Below, in pieces: positions 31,035 through 41,612 of a stretch of DNA of 64,000 nt. The notes beneath the pieces are model-generated. The model made no database searches and was not told the DNA's origin. It worked only from the letters and a program-made list of their open reading frames with translations. The DNA comes from Utricularia gibba. Its lineage: Eukaryota > Plantae > Magnoliophyta. Where the stretch lies: positions 2,480,001-2,544,000 of the forward strand of contig NEEC01000017.1 of the NCBI GenBank assembly GCA_002189035.1, given 5' to 3'. Position numbers and translations under genes: made by a program. The first letter of the stretch is position 1, and each line of letters opens with the position of its first letter.

Positions 31035-31806
31035 CTATGGTATGAGCTGCACGTTGGTGATATCTGGGAACCTCTCCTTGATTGCAGCCTTGATTCCTGA
31101 TCCGATGGAAGCTGGACCCGTGTACTCCACGTGGCAATCGCCTCCGGCAACCGATACGACTTGGACGCTCCCACCGTAGTTCTTGATAGCCGGTCTCAGG
31201 ATATCAAGATGGGAATTCACCGCCTGGAAAACACAATCGTCCATGATCTCCATGGGAAAAGTCAGTGGGTAAGGCACATCTCGGTCTAACTCACCTCAAC
31301 AGTCGCTTCCATTATTTGGTCATCGGAAACTTGGCAGATATCCTTAATGGCATCTCCGAATTTTTCCTTGAGAACCCTCTCGATTCCCATCTTCATGGTG
31401 GTTGTTGAGCTAGGGCAAGTACCGCAAGCACCTGTACACGTACTAGGCTTGAGGAAAATCTGAATTGAGGGACAGGGGGGACGAGGAGGGGGAATACGAA
31501 GGAACCTTGGAGTTTCAGGGATACGACGCCGTTTGCCACCGAAGCCACCTCCACGTTACCGCCGTCCTCCATCAGATAAGGGCGGACGCCGTCCAGGACC
31601 TTGTCGACGTTCTCGAGGGTCAGATCGAATTGCTCGGCGGAGTAAAGCCCAGATGACGACGCGGCGACGGCTATCGATTTGCCGACCCTAATACTGCGGT
31701 GCCTGAGATTGAAGGGCAAGGGACCTTTGAGAGTTCCAGATGTGGGAAGATTGGGTGCCGCCGCCGCGGTGGAGAAGCTAAACATCGTCGGAGGCAAGGC
31801 CGCCAT
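31035..31806 (-). CDS. NFU1: NifU-like Fe-S scaffold NFU1, chloroplastic, 3 exons
   Basis: Transit peptide, then [31 protein letters not shown]|ACGTCPSS (CxxC)..|[18 protein letters not shown]. An alternative ATG lies at 31812. Confidence 0.95.
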
Positions 31807-32102
31807 ACGCATACTCCACGCCGTGAGTGTGGCCTTCGCGAGGGACTACAAATCTTGTGGTGTGGGAGAGAGTAGAGACCTCGTGAAACTCACGTGGCGC
31901 CCTGTAAGTTATCAAGTATTAATTAATTCTTGTTAACCACAGTGCACGGACGGGGCGGGGTTGGTTCACGTGGGAAAGAGGAAAAAGTAATTTTATTTTA
32001 CGGTAGATAGAAAAGGTTGAAGTTGGTCATAACATTGTGAGTTGCACACGACATGGAGAATCATGGGCAAATAATGATCATACACAAACATTAGGAAGCG
32101 AC

Positions 32103-33010
32103 TTAGTTGTTCCCTCCGGATATGTGGCCAAAACCGCCACCGGCACCACCTCCGAATCCTCCCCCGCCGCCGCCTCCGAATCCTCCACCCGCACCACCTC
32201 CGAATCCTCCTCCGGCACCCCCTCCAAGTCCTCCACCGGCACCGGCACCACCACCCAAGCCTCCACCGGCACCACCACCCAAGCCCCCACCGGCACCACC
32301 ACCCAAGCCCCCACCGGCACCACCTCCAAGGGCACCACCTCCAAGGCCTCCACCGGCACCACCACCCAAGTCCTCCACCGGCACCATCTCCAAGTCCTCC
32401 ACCCGTCACCACCTCCAAGTCCTCCACCCGCACCACCTCCAAGTCCTCCACCCGCACCACCTCCAAGTCCTCCACCCGCACCACCTCCAAGTCCTTCACC
32501 CGCACCACCACCCAAGCCTCCCCCAGCGCCGCCTCCAAGTCCTCCACCCGCACCACCACCAAAGCCTCCACCGGCACCACCACCTAAACCTTCACCCGCA
32601 CCACCTCCAAGTCCACCACCTAAGCCTCCACCTGTACCACCTCCAGCGCCTCCTCCAAATCCTCCACCGGCACCACCACCTAGGCCAATCCCGCCACCCT
32701 TACCACCTCCAAACCCTCCACCAGCACCACCAGCGCCGCCTCCAAATCCTCCACCAGCTCCACCTCCAAGTCCACCGGCACCACCCCCAAATCCAACTCC
32801 CTTTCCACCACCAAATCCTCCACCAGCACCACCTCCAAAGCCTCCACCACCTCCAAATCCTCCACCAGCGCCACCTCCCAGTGCGCCTCCATATCCAAGC
32901 TCATCAAATGACTCTTTTTCAAGTCTCCTAGCATCAGCATTTAGCATCAAACTTAAACTCACGAAAAAAGCGACAGTAAAAGTGCCCCCAATTTTGAAGG
33001 GCTTTCCCAT
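32103..33010 (-). CDS. Glycine-rich cell-wall structural protein with signal peptide; two +1 indels (32371, 32406)
   Basis: MGKPFKIGGTFTVAFFVSLSLMLNADA|RRL followed by 24-nt GGGAGGG(L/F) repeats. Removing two bases gives a 301-aa ORF ending GGFGHISGGNN*. Confidence 0.85.
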
Positions 33011-34263
33011 TTTTTTATACAGAATGATTCGGAGCTCCCTCACTCGAGCAGTGCAGAGATGTGCTGTGCATTGACGAATGGTGGCATATAAATAGTTTTA
33101 CGAGCAGGAGGTTCATAAATGCATACATGTGAGATAAGACTTGGTTTTTGTGTAAAATCCACGGATAATTTCTGGAACAACCTGTTTCGCAGAAAGTTCT
33201 ACCATGTGCGCATGCAAACTTAATGTTACCAACTATCAACGGCCTTGTTTCCCCCTGCCCTGAGAGCAACATGTACTGGATCAACTTCATCAATGCGACT
33301 TTCATCCATACATCAATTAATTCCATGACGATCAAGAACGGGTCGCCAAGCGGTTCTCTCATCATGTAGGATGCTTAAATTCATTCTTAAATTTAATCAA
33401 AATTCCGGCACATGTGCCGGTGCATCAAATACTACCACATAGATGTAAAATGTACATCCCTGAGGTCATTAAATGTGCTGGGCCTGGATGTTGACAATTG
33501 AGCACCCAAATCCTACCACATGCAGACGTAATAATTGGAAGAGAAGACGCGGATTCATCCATCGCAAGAAAGTCATAAAGAAGTATCATACTCAAGCTCT
33601 TCTTTAAGAGGCTTTTACCTTTTTCTTTCACTAACAGCTATGCTAAGTAGCTTTTACTAAAATTCACAAGTTAATACGAGTGCTGAGCTTTAGAATTGAC
33701 AGGAAGAAAAAGTTGTTTTCACATGAAAAACCAGCACTTCATCTCCAAGATCACCACTAGACAAGGATTAAAAAAACACTTTCACTAGAAAGTTGAATCT
33801 GTTTTCACACTTCACCACAGCAAAGTAGATTTCACATATTGCCGGTGGTAATGACATTATGCAGATCGGGTAAGGGCGCATTTATTAGTCAAGTGACAAG
33901 GAGCATTTTCAACTGAAAAACATCAAAGTTATACCAAGATCAATTTAAATCGCCAAAGGGATCATAGTACCTTATAGAGAGAGCGCGACGAATAGGATTT
34001 CTTCTGTTACTTCCGTTAGCATTAATTCCCTAAGTTCTGCCAGCTCTCCACATTCCAGAGGCACCAAGTGTTAGCAGGATGTATGTAAATTCTCCGTTAT
34101 GATAATCATAAATTTCACAAACATAGCAACTTAAAAAGAGAAAGCATAAGTCAAAACTCTCGACTTGCTAATATGCAATTAAAACCAGGTGAAAGTACAG
34201 TAGAGCCCATACAGAAATTTTTTATGATGTACTGTCAAATTCCTTGCTCCGAAGGATGGCTCG

Positions 34264-35897
34264 TTATCCCGAAAGATAAGCATAGAGTAATGACCTGTAG
34301 ACAAGGCTTCGGTGAGGAGTTGTGGTCATTGCTTTCATGGATATGCACAGCTCTCTAACACTATCCATGTCATGCTCTTTGTTTAAATCAGTTATAAAGC
34401 TATCCAACTTGGAAGGTTCCAAATTCCACTCTTCAGTGGGTGGAGGAACTTGCATCATTCGTAAACATCGCTTCACATCCTTGTTTTTCAGGAAGTAAAC
34501 CATGAACATGTCCCATGAACTAGAGAAGAAAGGCCCCGTTGAACTATCCAGTGCCTTTTGAAGAACCAACTCAGCCTCTCGAAGCAAATCATGTTTTAAG
34601 TATGCACAAATAACTGTGTTGGCTAACCTAACATCATAACTCAAACAGATCGACACCCATTCCTCATAGCATTTCTGCATCCCTTTAACATCATCCAGAT
34701 TTTTAAGAGCCTGAAGCATGATAAGATAACTCGTATTTGTCACCACCCTCATTGCAGATTTCAAAGTTTTCCATATGCGAACAACATTATGCACATCAGA
34801 CAGTTTAGAGTACAAGCTTATCAGAAAATGATATGCCTCGCGATTATCCTTGTCCATTTCCTCCTCCAGCTTCTTCAAGGCCAATTTGGCTTTCATGTGA
34901 TGGCCACTGTTGATATAGGCAATTGCCAGGTTACTGTATGTTGTCCAATCACCGAGTTTTCTGTGTTTCAATTTCATTTCTTCAAAAACTCTTTCCACCC
35001 CTTCAACGTCCTTTAAAAGCGAATAAGTCCTCATCAATATGTTGAAAGTAAAAGTGTCTGGCTCAACATTCGTCTTCTTCATTTCATCCCACAAGAGTGG
35101 CACTTTCTCAGGCATCTGCAATTTGAGATATAAACTCATAAGATTATTATATGGTAGTGCCTTAACTACCATCCCCCTCTCCAACATTTTGGAAAAAAGG
35201 GTCTCCGCCTTGTCCATCATCTTTCTAACGCAGTAACCGTTCAAAAGGGTGCCATAAACTGAAATCACTCTAAATTTGGGCGGGAGGCCACTGAAGTAAT
35301 TTTCAGCCGCATCTATCCCCTTGACCTTTGCAATTAGATCCAAGTGAACAGCATGATCCGTCAATCCAAACTTAAATTTCTGAACCAGCATCCATTCCAT
35401 CATCTGAACGAGAAAAGCATGATGGAAATATTGTCAAACAAGATGACAGTGTGTTTTAGTGACTTAAGCAGCATACTTGAAGTAGAATTTCAACTTAAGA
35501 GGCCGAAACAATGTATACAGGAGAAAGACAGTGACAGATTAAGAAAAACAAGTGTGATGAAGTAACCAAAAAATATGTGATTACCAAAGTCAGTTAAAAA
35601 CGATCACAGAGCGCAGAATTTAAAAATCATGTGAGTTCGAACTGAGGAGGGGCGCACCTCGAGAGCATGGGGATATCTTCTGTACTTTCGGAATTCCCGA
35701 ATGCAGCGATCTAGCTCATCCTTGGTCACGTCTTTCCCCTCCCGAATGTACGTATTTATGGTAGTTGCCACCACCCCCCTTGCACTTCCTAGAGCCGAGA
35801 GTCTCCTGTACAACCTATCCTCCGATTGAACAGAGACAGAGGCTCTCCCCTGCGAAATTCTACGGTAAACACCTGAGACGCCATGCCTCACCGCCAT
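34264..35897 (-). CDS. P-class pentatricopeptide repeat protein, likely mitochondrial (At1g02370/At4g01990-like), 2 exons
   Basis: LYRRLSALG..EGKDVTKDELDRCIREFRKYRRYPHALE|MMEWM..HLDLIAKVKGIDAAENYF..YGTLLNGYC, followed by tandem ~35-aa repeats. Confidence 0.92.
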
Positions 35898-36119
35898 ACA
35901 CCCGCTCCTAATTTCGTGGGTTCACCTCTTAAGGCGCGTTGTGCGCTAGGCCCAGAAAAGAAATCCTTTTTTTCTTTTCAATGGCAAGGCCCAGAAAAAG
36001 AAACCCATAGAATTTAGAATAGAAAAATGGTTTTTTTTTTTAATTTTTGAAAAGTAATTTATTCGTTTTTGAATAAAATATGTTACTCGTGCGTTACTGT
36101 GCGAGACATGACCCGAATT

Positions 36120-37147
36120 TCAGAAAACAGCCTCCAGAAGCAGATGCTTCTTCTTGGGGTAGCCCATGCCGAAAATATGAGTCAGGTACACCTTCCCCTC
36201 CTTGACCAACGCCGACGTAACCATACGATGTGTAAGCCCGGAAAACAATCCGATCACCTGAGCAGTTTCCCAGTCATCGGAGCTCTCTAGCAGCTTAGAC
36301 GGGTTTCCAGCGACCACCAGCTTCCTGGGGGACAAGAGATCCATCCCATCCCCAAATCTCACAGAGCCTCCCCCCGACACATTAACGATGCTAACGTGGT
36401 GCCCATCTCCGGTTTGGATCTTGAACAGCTTTCCGGATAGAGAGTGGCCGACAAGCAAGTAGCCATTTGGATGGAACACGATTCCATTGAGGCCGACAAG
36501 GTTTTCGTACCATCGATTTGCTGTAAAGAGAGGGCTTTCAATTGCTTGTAGCAACTTCCCGTTCACTCCCACCTTCCATAACTTGTTCCCGATCGCGTCC
36601 GTCACGTAGGCGTTGCCTTCGCCGTCCACCGCCACATCGTCCGCCAACGCCTTCGAATCTGAAGGGAAGAGCGGAATTGTTGAAAAGTATCGCCTCATTC
36701 AAGTTTTCAAAACTCGCATCTTTTACCTGGTCCACTGAGGTTGGCCAAGAAAAGTAGATTCCAAGTAGTCAAATCGTAAGCCGCCAGGGCCCCGAACCGA
36801 AATCCCAGCACATCGGAGATGACGACCAGGACGCGGTTTCTGGGGCGATCGATTGTGAGCCCTAGGAAGGGTTTTTTCGCAAATCCGTCATTACCGACAA
36901 CCTGAATCTCCTCAAGGACGGCGCCAGAGTCACCATCCGGCACAGGGATGACTCCGAGGCCGCCCTCCATGTAGGAAACAATGAAACGGCGGCCGACATC
37001 GTCCCATTTGGTGGTTTCGCGAAGCCACCCGCGGCTGTGGTACTCGAACGCGTGGGTGGGGCGCTCACGAGTTTCCCGGTGTACAACGTAAGCTATGGGG
37101 ACCGCGGAGGAGAGCAGAAGCAAGGAGAGGAGGAACAGCAATTTCAT
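36120..37147 (-). CDS. Secreted calcium-dependent phosphotriesterase/SMP-30-like beta-propeller protein (At2g16760-like), 2 exons
   Basis: Signal peptide, then WLRETTKWDD, ALADDVAVDGEGNAYVTDA, GLNGIVFHPNGYLLV and GDGMDLLSP. Confidence 0.88.
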
Positions 37148-37476
37148 CCTACCTGATGATTGGGGTGAGAGGGAGATGCGGGCGCCTTAAAAAAGCGCCC
37201 CCCTCCCGACGTTGGGCCTGAAGCCCAAAAGAACAAGCCCTACGAAAGAACGTCGGCCCATTAGGGGGGAAGTGTGATTTGTCCTGAGAGAAGAATAAAA
37301 GAAGGCGAAGGTTCCATTCATATGAATCACACAGTCAACATCTAGGGGTGGAGAGATAGACAGATACAGCACTAAATACCATCTACTCGGCAAAAGCAGA
37401 AACCACAGCGTTGTTCGTTAAATGACATCAGACAACGCGCAGAGCAGAGCAGAGCGACATCATCCCGCCACGGTTT

Positions 37477-37902
37477 TCAGCAGGGGAACATTTGAGGTGA
37501 AGCAGGGAGGCGTTGGACGGGGCATGGGAGCTGCCACGGCTCAAGCAGAATATCCGGGATCGCCGGAATATCCACATCCAGAGCGCCGACCTCCGATGCG
37601 ATTTCAAGAACTGAGTTGAGGCAACGAAGACGATCGGTGAGTTGGGACAGCTCCGCCCTCAAGACATTGTTCTCGGATGCGAAGTTGATGTAGAGATCAG
37701 CTGAGGCATCAATCATGGTCCTCAACCTGTTGTTCTCCTCCTGAATTTGGGTCACTTGACCGATCAGCTCATCCAAGTGCTTTTGCTTCCTCATCCGTGA
37801 CCGTCGGGCTGACTCGCGGTTGGACAGCATCCTCTTCCTCTTCCTCTCATCGCCCCCCGAGGATCCCGGGCTATTCGGCAGTTGTTTAGAGGCCATGGAC
37901 AT
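37477..37902 (-). CDS. bZIP53: S1-group bZIP transcription factor, intronless
   Basis: DERKRKRMLSNRESARRSRMRKQKHLDEL plus a long zipper. Ends EPWQLPCPVQRLPASPQMFPC*. Confidence 0.93.
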   Translation of the reverse strand: MSMASKQLPNSPGSSGGDERKRKRMLSNRESARRSRMRKQKHLDELIGQVTQIQEENNRLRTMIDASADLYINFASENNVLRAELSQLTDRLRCLNSVLEIASEVGALDVDIPAIPDILLEPWQLPCPVQRLPASPQMFPC

Positions 37903-37960
37903 AAAAAAGGGGAAGGGGGGGTTGTCGATTCAACACGTTGAGGTGGTCGGGACAAGCGGT

Positions 37961-38044
37961 TCAAGAGAAAACGTAGAACCAGTAGAGAAAGACAACTGAG
38001 AAGGAGTGAAGAATTCTAATCCTGCGCACCCGGATCCCCGTCAT
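37961..38044 (-). CDS. Conserved-peptide uORF for sucrose-induced repression of translation (SIRT), 27 aa
   Basis: MTGIRVRRIRILHSFSVVFLYWFYVFS*; the C-terminal HSFSVVFLYWFYVFS is the hallmark S1-bZIP uORF. It is too short for the ORF track. Confidence 0.95.
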   Translation of the reverse strand: MTGIRVRRIRILHSFSVVFLYWFYVFS

Positions 38045-38076
38045 GTAAACCCACTGACAAATAACAACAGAAACAT
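38041..38076 (-). other. Short upstream uORF (MFLLLFVSGFT*) overlapping the SIRT uORF start (ATGA)
   Basis: Read directly from the sequence; translation is not demonstrated. Confidence 0.5.
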
Positions 38077-38323
38077 GGAGCAACTGTATTCCCAAGCCCT
38101 GTGCTATGCTAACTTGTGAAAACTAGAACTAACAAGTGGGAGAGAGGAGAGATGATTCAATCTACAGATGTGAGAAAGAGAAAGGAAATCAGCAGGCAAC
38201 ACAAAACATAGAAAAAAAAAAAAAAAGAGAGATAAATGAGCAAGGGAAGAGAAGAGGAGGACCTCAGAAGCCACGTGGAGACTCAAGTCGTTGGAAGGAG
38301 GTGGAAAGAGTGAGGAGAGGGGA

Positions 38324-38331
38324 TATTTATA
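38324..38331 (-). promoter_or_regulatory. TATA box of bZIP53
   Basis: cTATAAATA on the minus strand, followed by a CT-rich leader; a CACGTG G-box lies nearby. Confidence 0.6.
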
Positions 38332-38519
38332 GGGAGGAGAAGTGGCTGGTTGGCTGCAGGGCGGGGCGGCACGGGATTGAGCACACATTTTTAATTGGGA
38401 GAGGAAGTGAAAATGGATAAAGGCAGTTACGTGGGGAAATAGAACACGCGCCTGCTCATGCTGCACTGCACTTATTGCACGCCGGACGCCTTTAGAAAAG
38501 CTACCTAGCTTTTCTAGAA

Positions 38520-39660
38520 GTCTCGTCTCGTCTCGTCTTGCCCATCGATAATCCATATGGCCCGGGGGCAGCATGCCTGATTCATTATAATATACATAAA
38601 TTCTTGTGTTCAACTTGTCCTGCTTCTGCTTCCATCATCTTCTAAAAAAGGCAGATAGATGCTCGGCGGGCGTCGCGTCGCACCAGCAGCCACTTTTTTT
38701 TGACCTCAAACCGCCAAAAATATCTGAGCTTTTGGAAGGCGGGATAGGATAAGGGTACCGGGCAGTGGGCCGAGGAGAGGAGAGGCCCGATGGATTCCGG
38801 TACTGCTACGGATGCTGACGACAGCTGGTCTGGTCTGGTCTGGTCTGGTCTGGGCTTCTCCTTTATTTGTGCCGTCCCTGATCCAATATAAATAAATATA
38901 TGAAGAAGCCCAGCCCAGGTTCCACTGTGTGTCGTGTCGAGTGTGTGTGAAGGTTGAGAAGTTGGTGTCCGTGTATGAATGCGAGCGATAATGGAGCAGC
39001 GGCAGTGGAGCTGGGCCTCCGGTAGGTTCGACATTCATTCCCATTCCCATTCGCATTGGCATTGGCATGGCGTCTCCTCCAATGAATAAATACTTGGGCG
39101 ACCTGGCTTTTACTCTCCTCGAATCATTTCGCACCGCTCCGCTGAATTATCTATGTATCATACATAGCCGCTGCCGCTGCCGCTGCCGCTGCCGCTGTGG
39201 GAATGAACCAAATCCTTCCTTGGCGCTGCTCATTACCACATTATGCATCTGCACACACAAGCACCAGGCCAAGCCGCACACACACACACACATATACATG
39301 AACCTGGCAGTGTGACTCCAACCTGAATAAACTCACTAACAACATCCAAAATGCATCGCCTAATATCCCAACTAGCCACCCACCCAGCCAGCCCAACGCA
39401 ATAATGTCCATCTACGTCCACCCGCTACAATCCCTTCGGTTTCATGGCTGCTCTCTGCGTGCCTTGTCAATTATAAAACATTCGAAAACTAGGATGTTAG
39501 GCCGAGGCTCCGGTCCAGTTCGAACGCCATTGCCAATTGCACCAGGCAGCAGCAGCAGCCGCAGAGGTAGGGCTGGGCGGTTCGGGCGTAGGGGCATAGC
39601 CCCGGGTGGGGTGGGGTGCTGCTCTACTCTACTCTACTCTACTCTACTCTATTACTACTA
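38520..39660. repeat. Cluster of short penta/hexanucleotide SSRs: (CGTCT)n, (CTGGT)n, (CATTGG)n, (CCGCTG)n, (CA)n, (CTCTA)n
   Basis: Directly visible in the bZIP53 / DnaJ-TPR divergent intergenic region. Confidence 0.85.
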
Positions 39661-39914
39661 CTAGTTACTACGGAGTTAGCCAGAGGCTGGGCCGAGAATG
39701 CAATATTAATATGTTGCAACGTGCCACCCAGACGAACGGGACGGGCAAGGGAAGGAAAGGAAACCTTTATTTCTTCTCGCACTTCAAAGCTGCCCTCCCC
39801 CTTCCCTCTCTTTAAACTCCCACTCCCCCTCCCCTCCTGCTACTCTACTTTCCCCTACCTACCCTTTTTCCAGTTCTCTTCTTCCGATCCGATGGCTCGT
39901 TGACGAGCTTCGCA

Positions 39915-41612
39915 ATGGCGGCGAATTCCGAGAAGAAGCTCTGGTGGCTCTCCACCAGAAAGGTGAGTGACTTGGGGTGAATTCCATCCTGGATTCTCGC
40001 GTTAATGGGTGACTCTTCCCTTGTAGGTGGTGGAGAGGTACGTGAGGGAGGCCAAACTCTTGATGCTGAGTCAGGAGAAAGGGGCGTTTGTCGCCGCCTT
40101 GGGGTTGCTGGAGGCCGCCTTGGCGATGGCACCGCGGATGGATGCCGCGTTGGAGATGAAGGCGCGCTGTCTATTGAGTCTCCGGCGCTTTAAGGACGTT
40201 GCGGATTTGCTGCATGATAGTATTCCCAGTTTTCGAACCGCTGTGGCCGATGAGTTGTGGTCGGCGTCGGAGGAGGAGGGGTCCTCGATGCAGTTGACGG
40301 GGGAGAAGAGGGCGAAGATGCAACTTCTTTCTTCCTGCGCCGATGAGGATTTCAAGTGTTTCTCGGTCGCGGATTTGAAGGAGAAGCTGATGGCGGGGCT
40401 GGGAATCAACGGGCGCCAACAGGGGCAATGGAGGTACACGGCCTCGTAATTCGGATCTCTTCGACCTTGTGATGCAATTGCCACTCTCTGACTTCTGTTG
40501 TGTTACGCAGGTACTTGGTTCTGGGTCAAGCTTGCTGTCATCTCGGTTTGATGGAGGACGCGATTGTGCTCCTCAAGACCGGGAAACGCCTCGCTGCCGC
40601 CGCATTCCGCCGTGAGAGCGTTTCCTTATCCGACGACATCTTTTCGTCCAACATGTTTCCCCTTTCCAGCGAGAATTTCCTCAACAACCCATCTGAAGTC
40701 CCACCCAAAATGGAGTCTGAGAGCATCGCCCATCTCCTCTGTCACATAAAGCTTTTAGTCCGCCGGAAGTCTGCCGCCCTTGCCTCCTTCGATGCTGGTC
40801 TCTACTCGGAATCCATCAAACATTTCTCTAAAATACTGGACGGCCGCCGCAGTGCTCCCCAATCTTTTCTGGCCCAATGCTACGTCTACCGCGCGTCGGC
40901 TTATCAGTTATCTGGAAGAATCGCCGATGCAATCGCGGATTGCAACAAGGCTCTTGCATTGGAAACCTCCTCCATTCAAGCGCTCGCCATTAGAGCGAGT
41001 TTATTCGAAACAATCAGATGTTTCCCAGATTGTCTCCATGATTTGGAGCATCTCAAACTTCTCTACAACTCCATTCTCCGAGACAGAAAGCTGCCAGGCC
41101 CCGTTTGGAAACGCCAATCTTTTCAGTACAGAGAAATCCCCGGAAAGTTGTGTTCTTTAGCATCCAAAATCCAGCAGCTGCAACAAAGGGTCGCAGCAGG
41201 TGAAACCCAGAACACAGATTTCTACGCTTTGATGGGATTGAACAGAAATTGTTCGAAATCAGAGCTCCAACGATCCCATCTAGTCCTCACCCTGAAACAC
41301 AAGCCTGACAAATCCTCTGCCTTCATCGACCGCTGCGAATTCGCCGATGCCAACGAGGCGGATTACGTTAGAGACAGAGCAAGAGTATCCGCCCTACTGC
41401 TGTACAGGTTGATTCAAAAGGGGTACGCAAGCATAATGGCTGCAATACTGGAAGAAGAAGCAAAGAATGCATCTTGTGCCGCTGAATCTCCGGCAGCCGC
41501 CGCAGCGTTTCAAGGCGTCTTCTGCCGCGACCTCGCCGCAGTCAGAAACATGCTTTCTCAAGCGGGCTTCAGCCGTCCGATTCCACTAAAGTACGAAGCA
41601 TTAAGCTGTTGA
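39915..41612 (+). CDS. TPR + DnaJ-like domain protein (At4g02100-like), 3 exons
   Basis: MAANSEKKLWWLSTRK|VVERYVREAK..LEMKARCLL..QWR|YLVLGQACCHLGLMEDA..TPRs..DFYALMGL..LKHKPDK..LLYRLIQKGY. Confidence 0.92.

Noticed and set aside
32037-33074. Long plus-strand Pro-rich 'extensin-like' ORFs (345 aa, 274 aa)
   Set aside because: These are antisense shadows of GGN codons. Only the minus strand has a signal peptide and an upstream TATA-like element.
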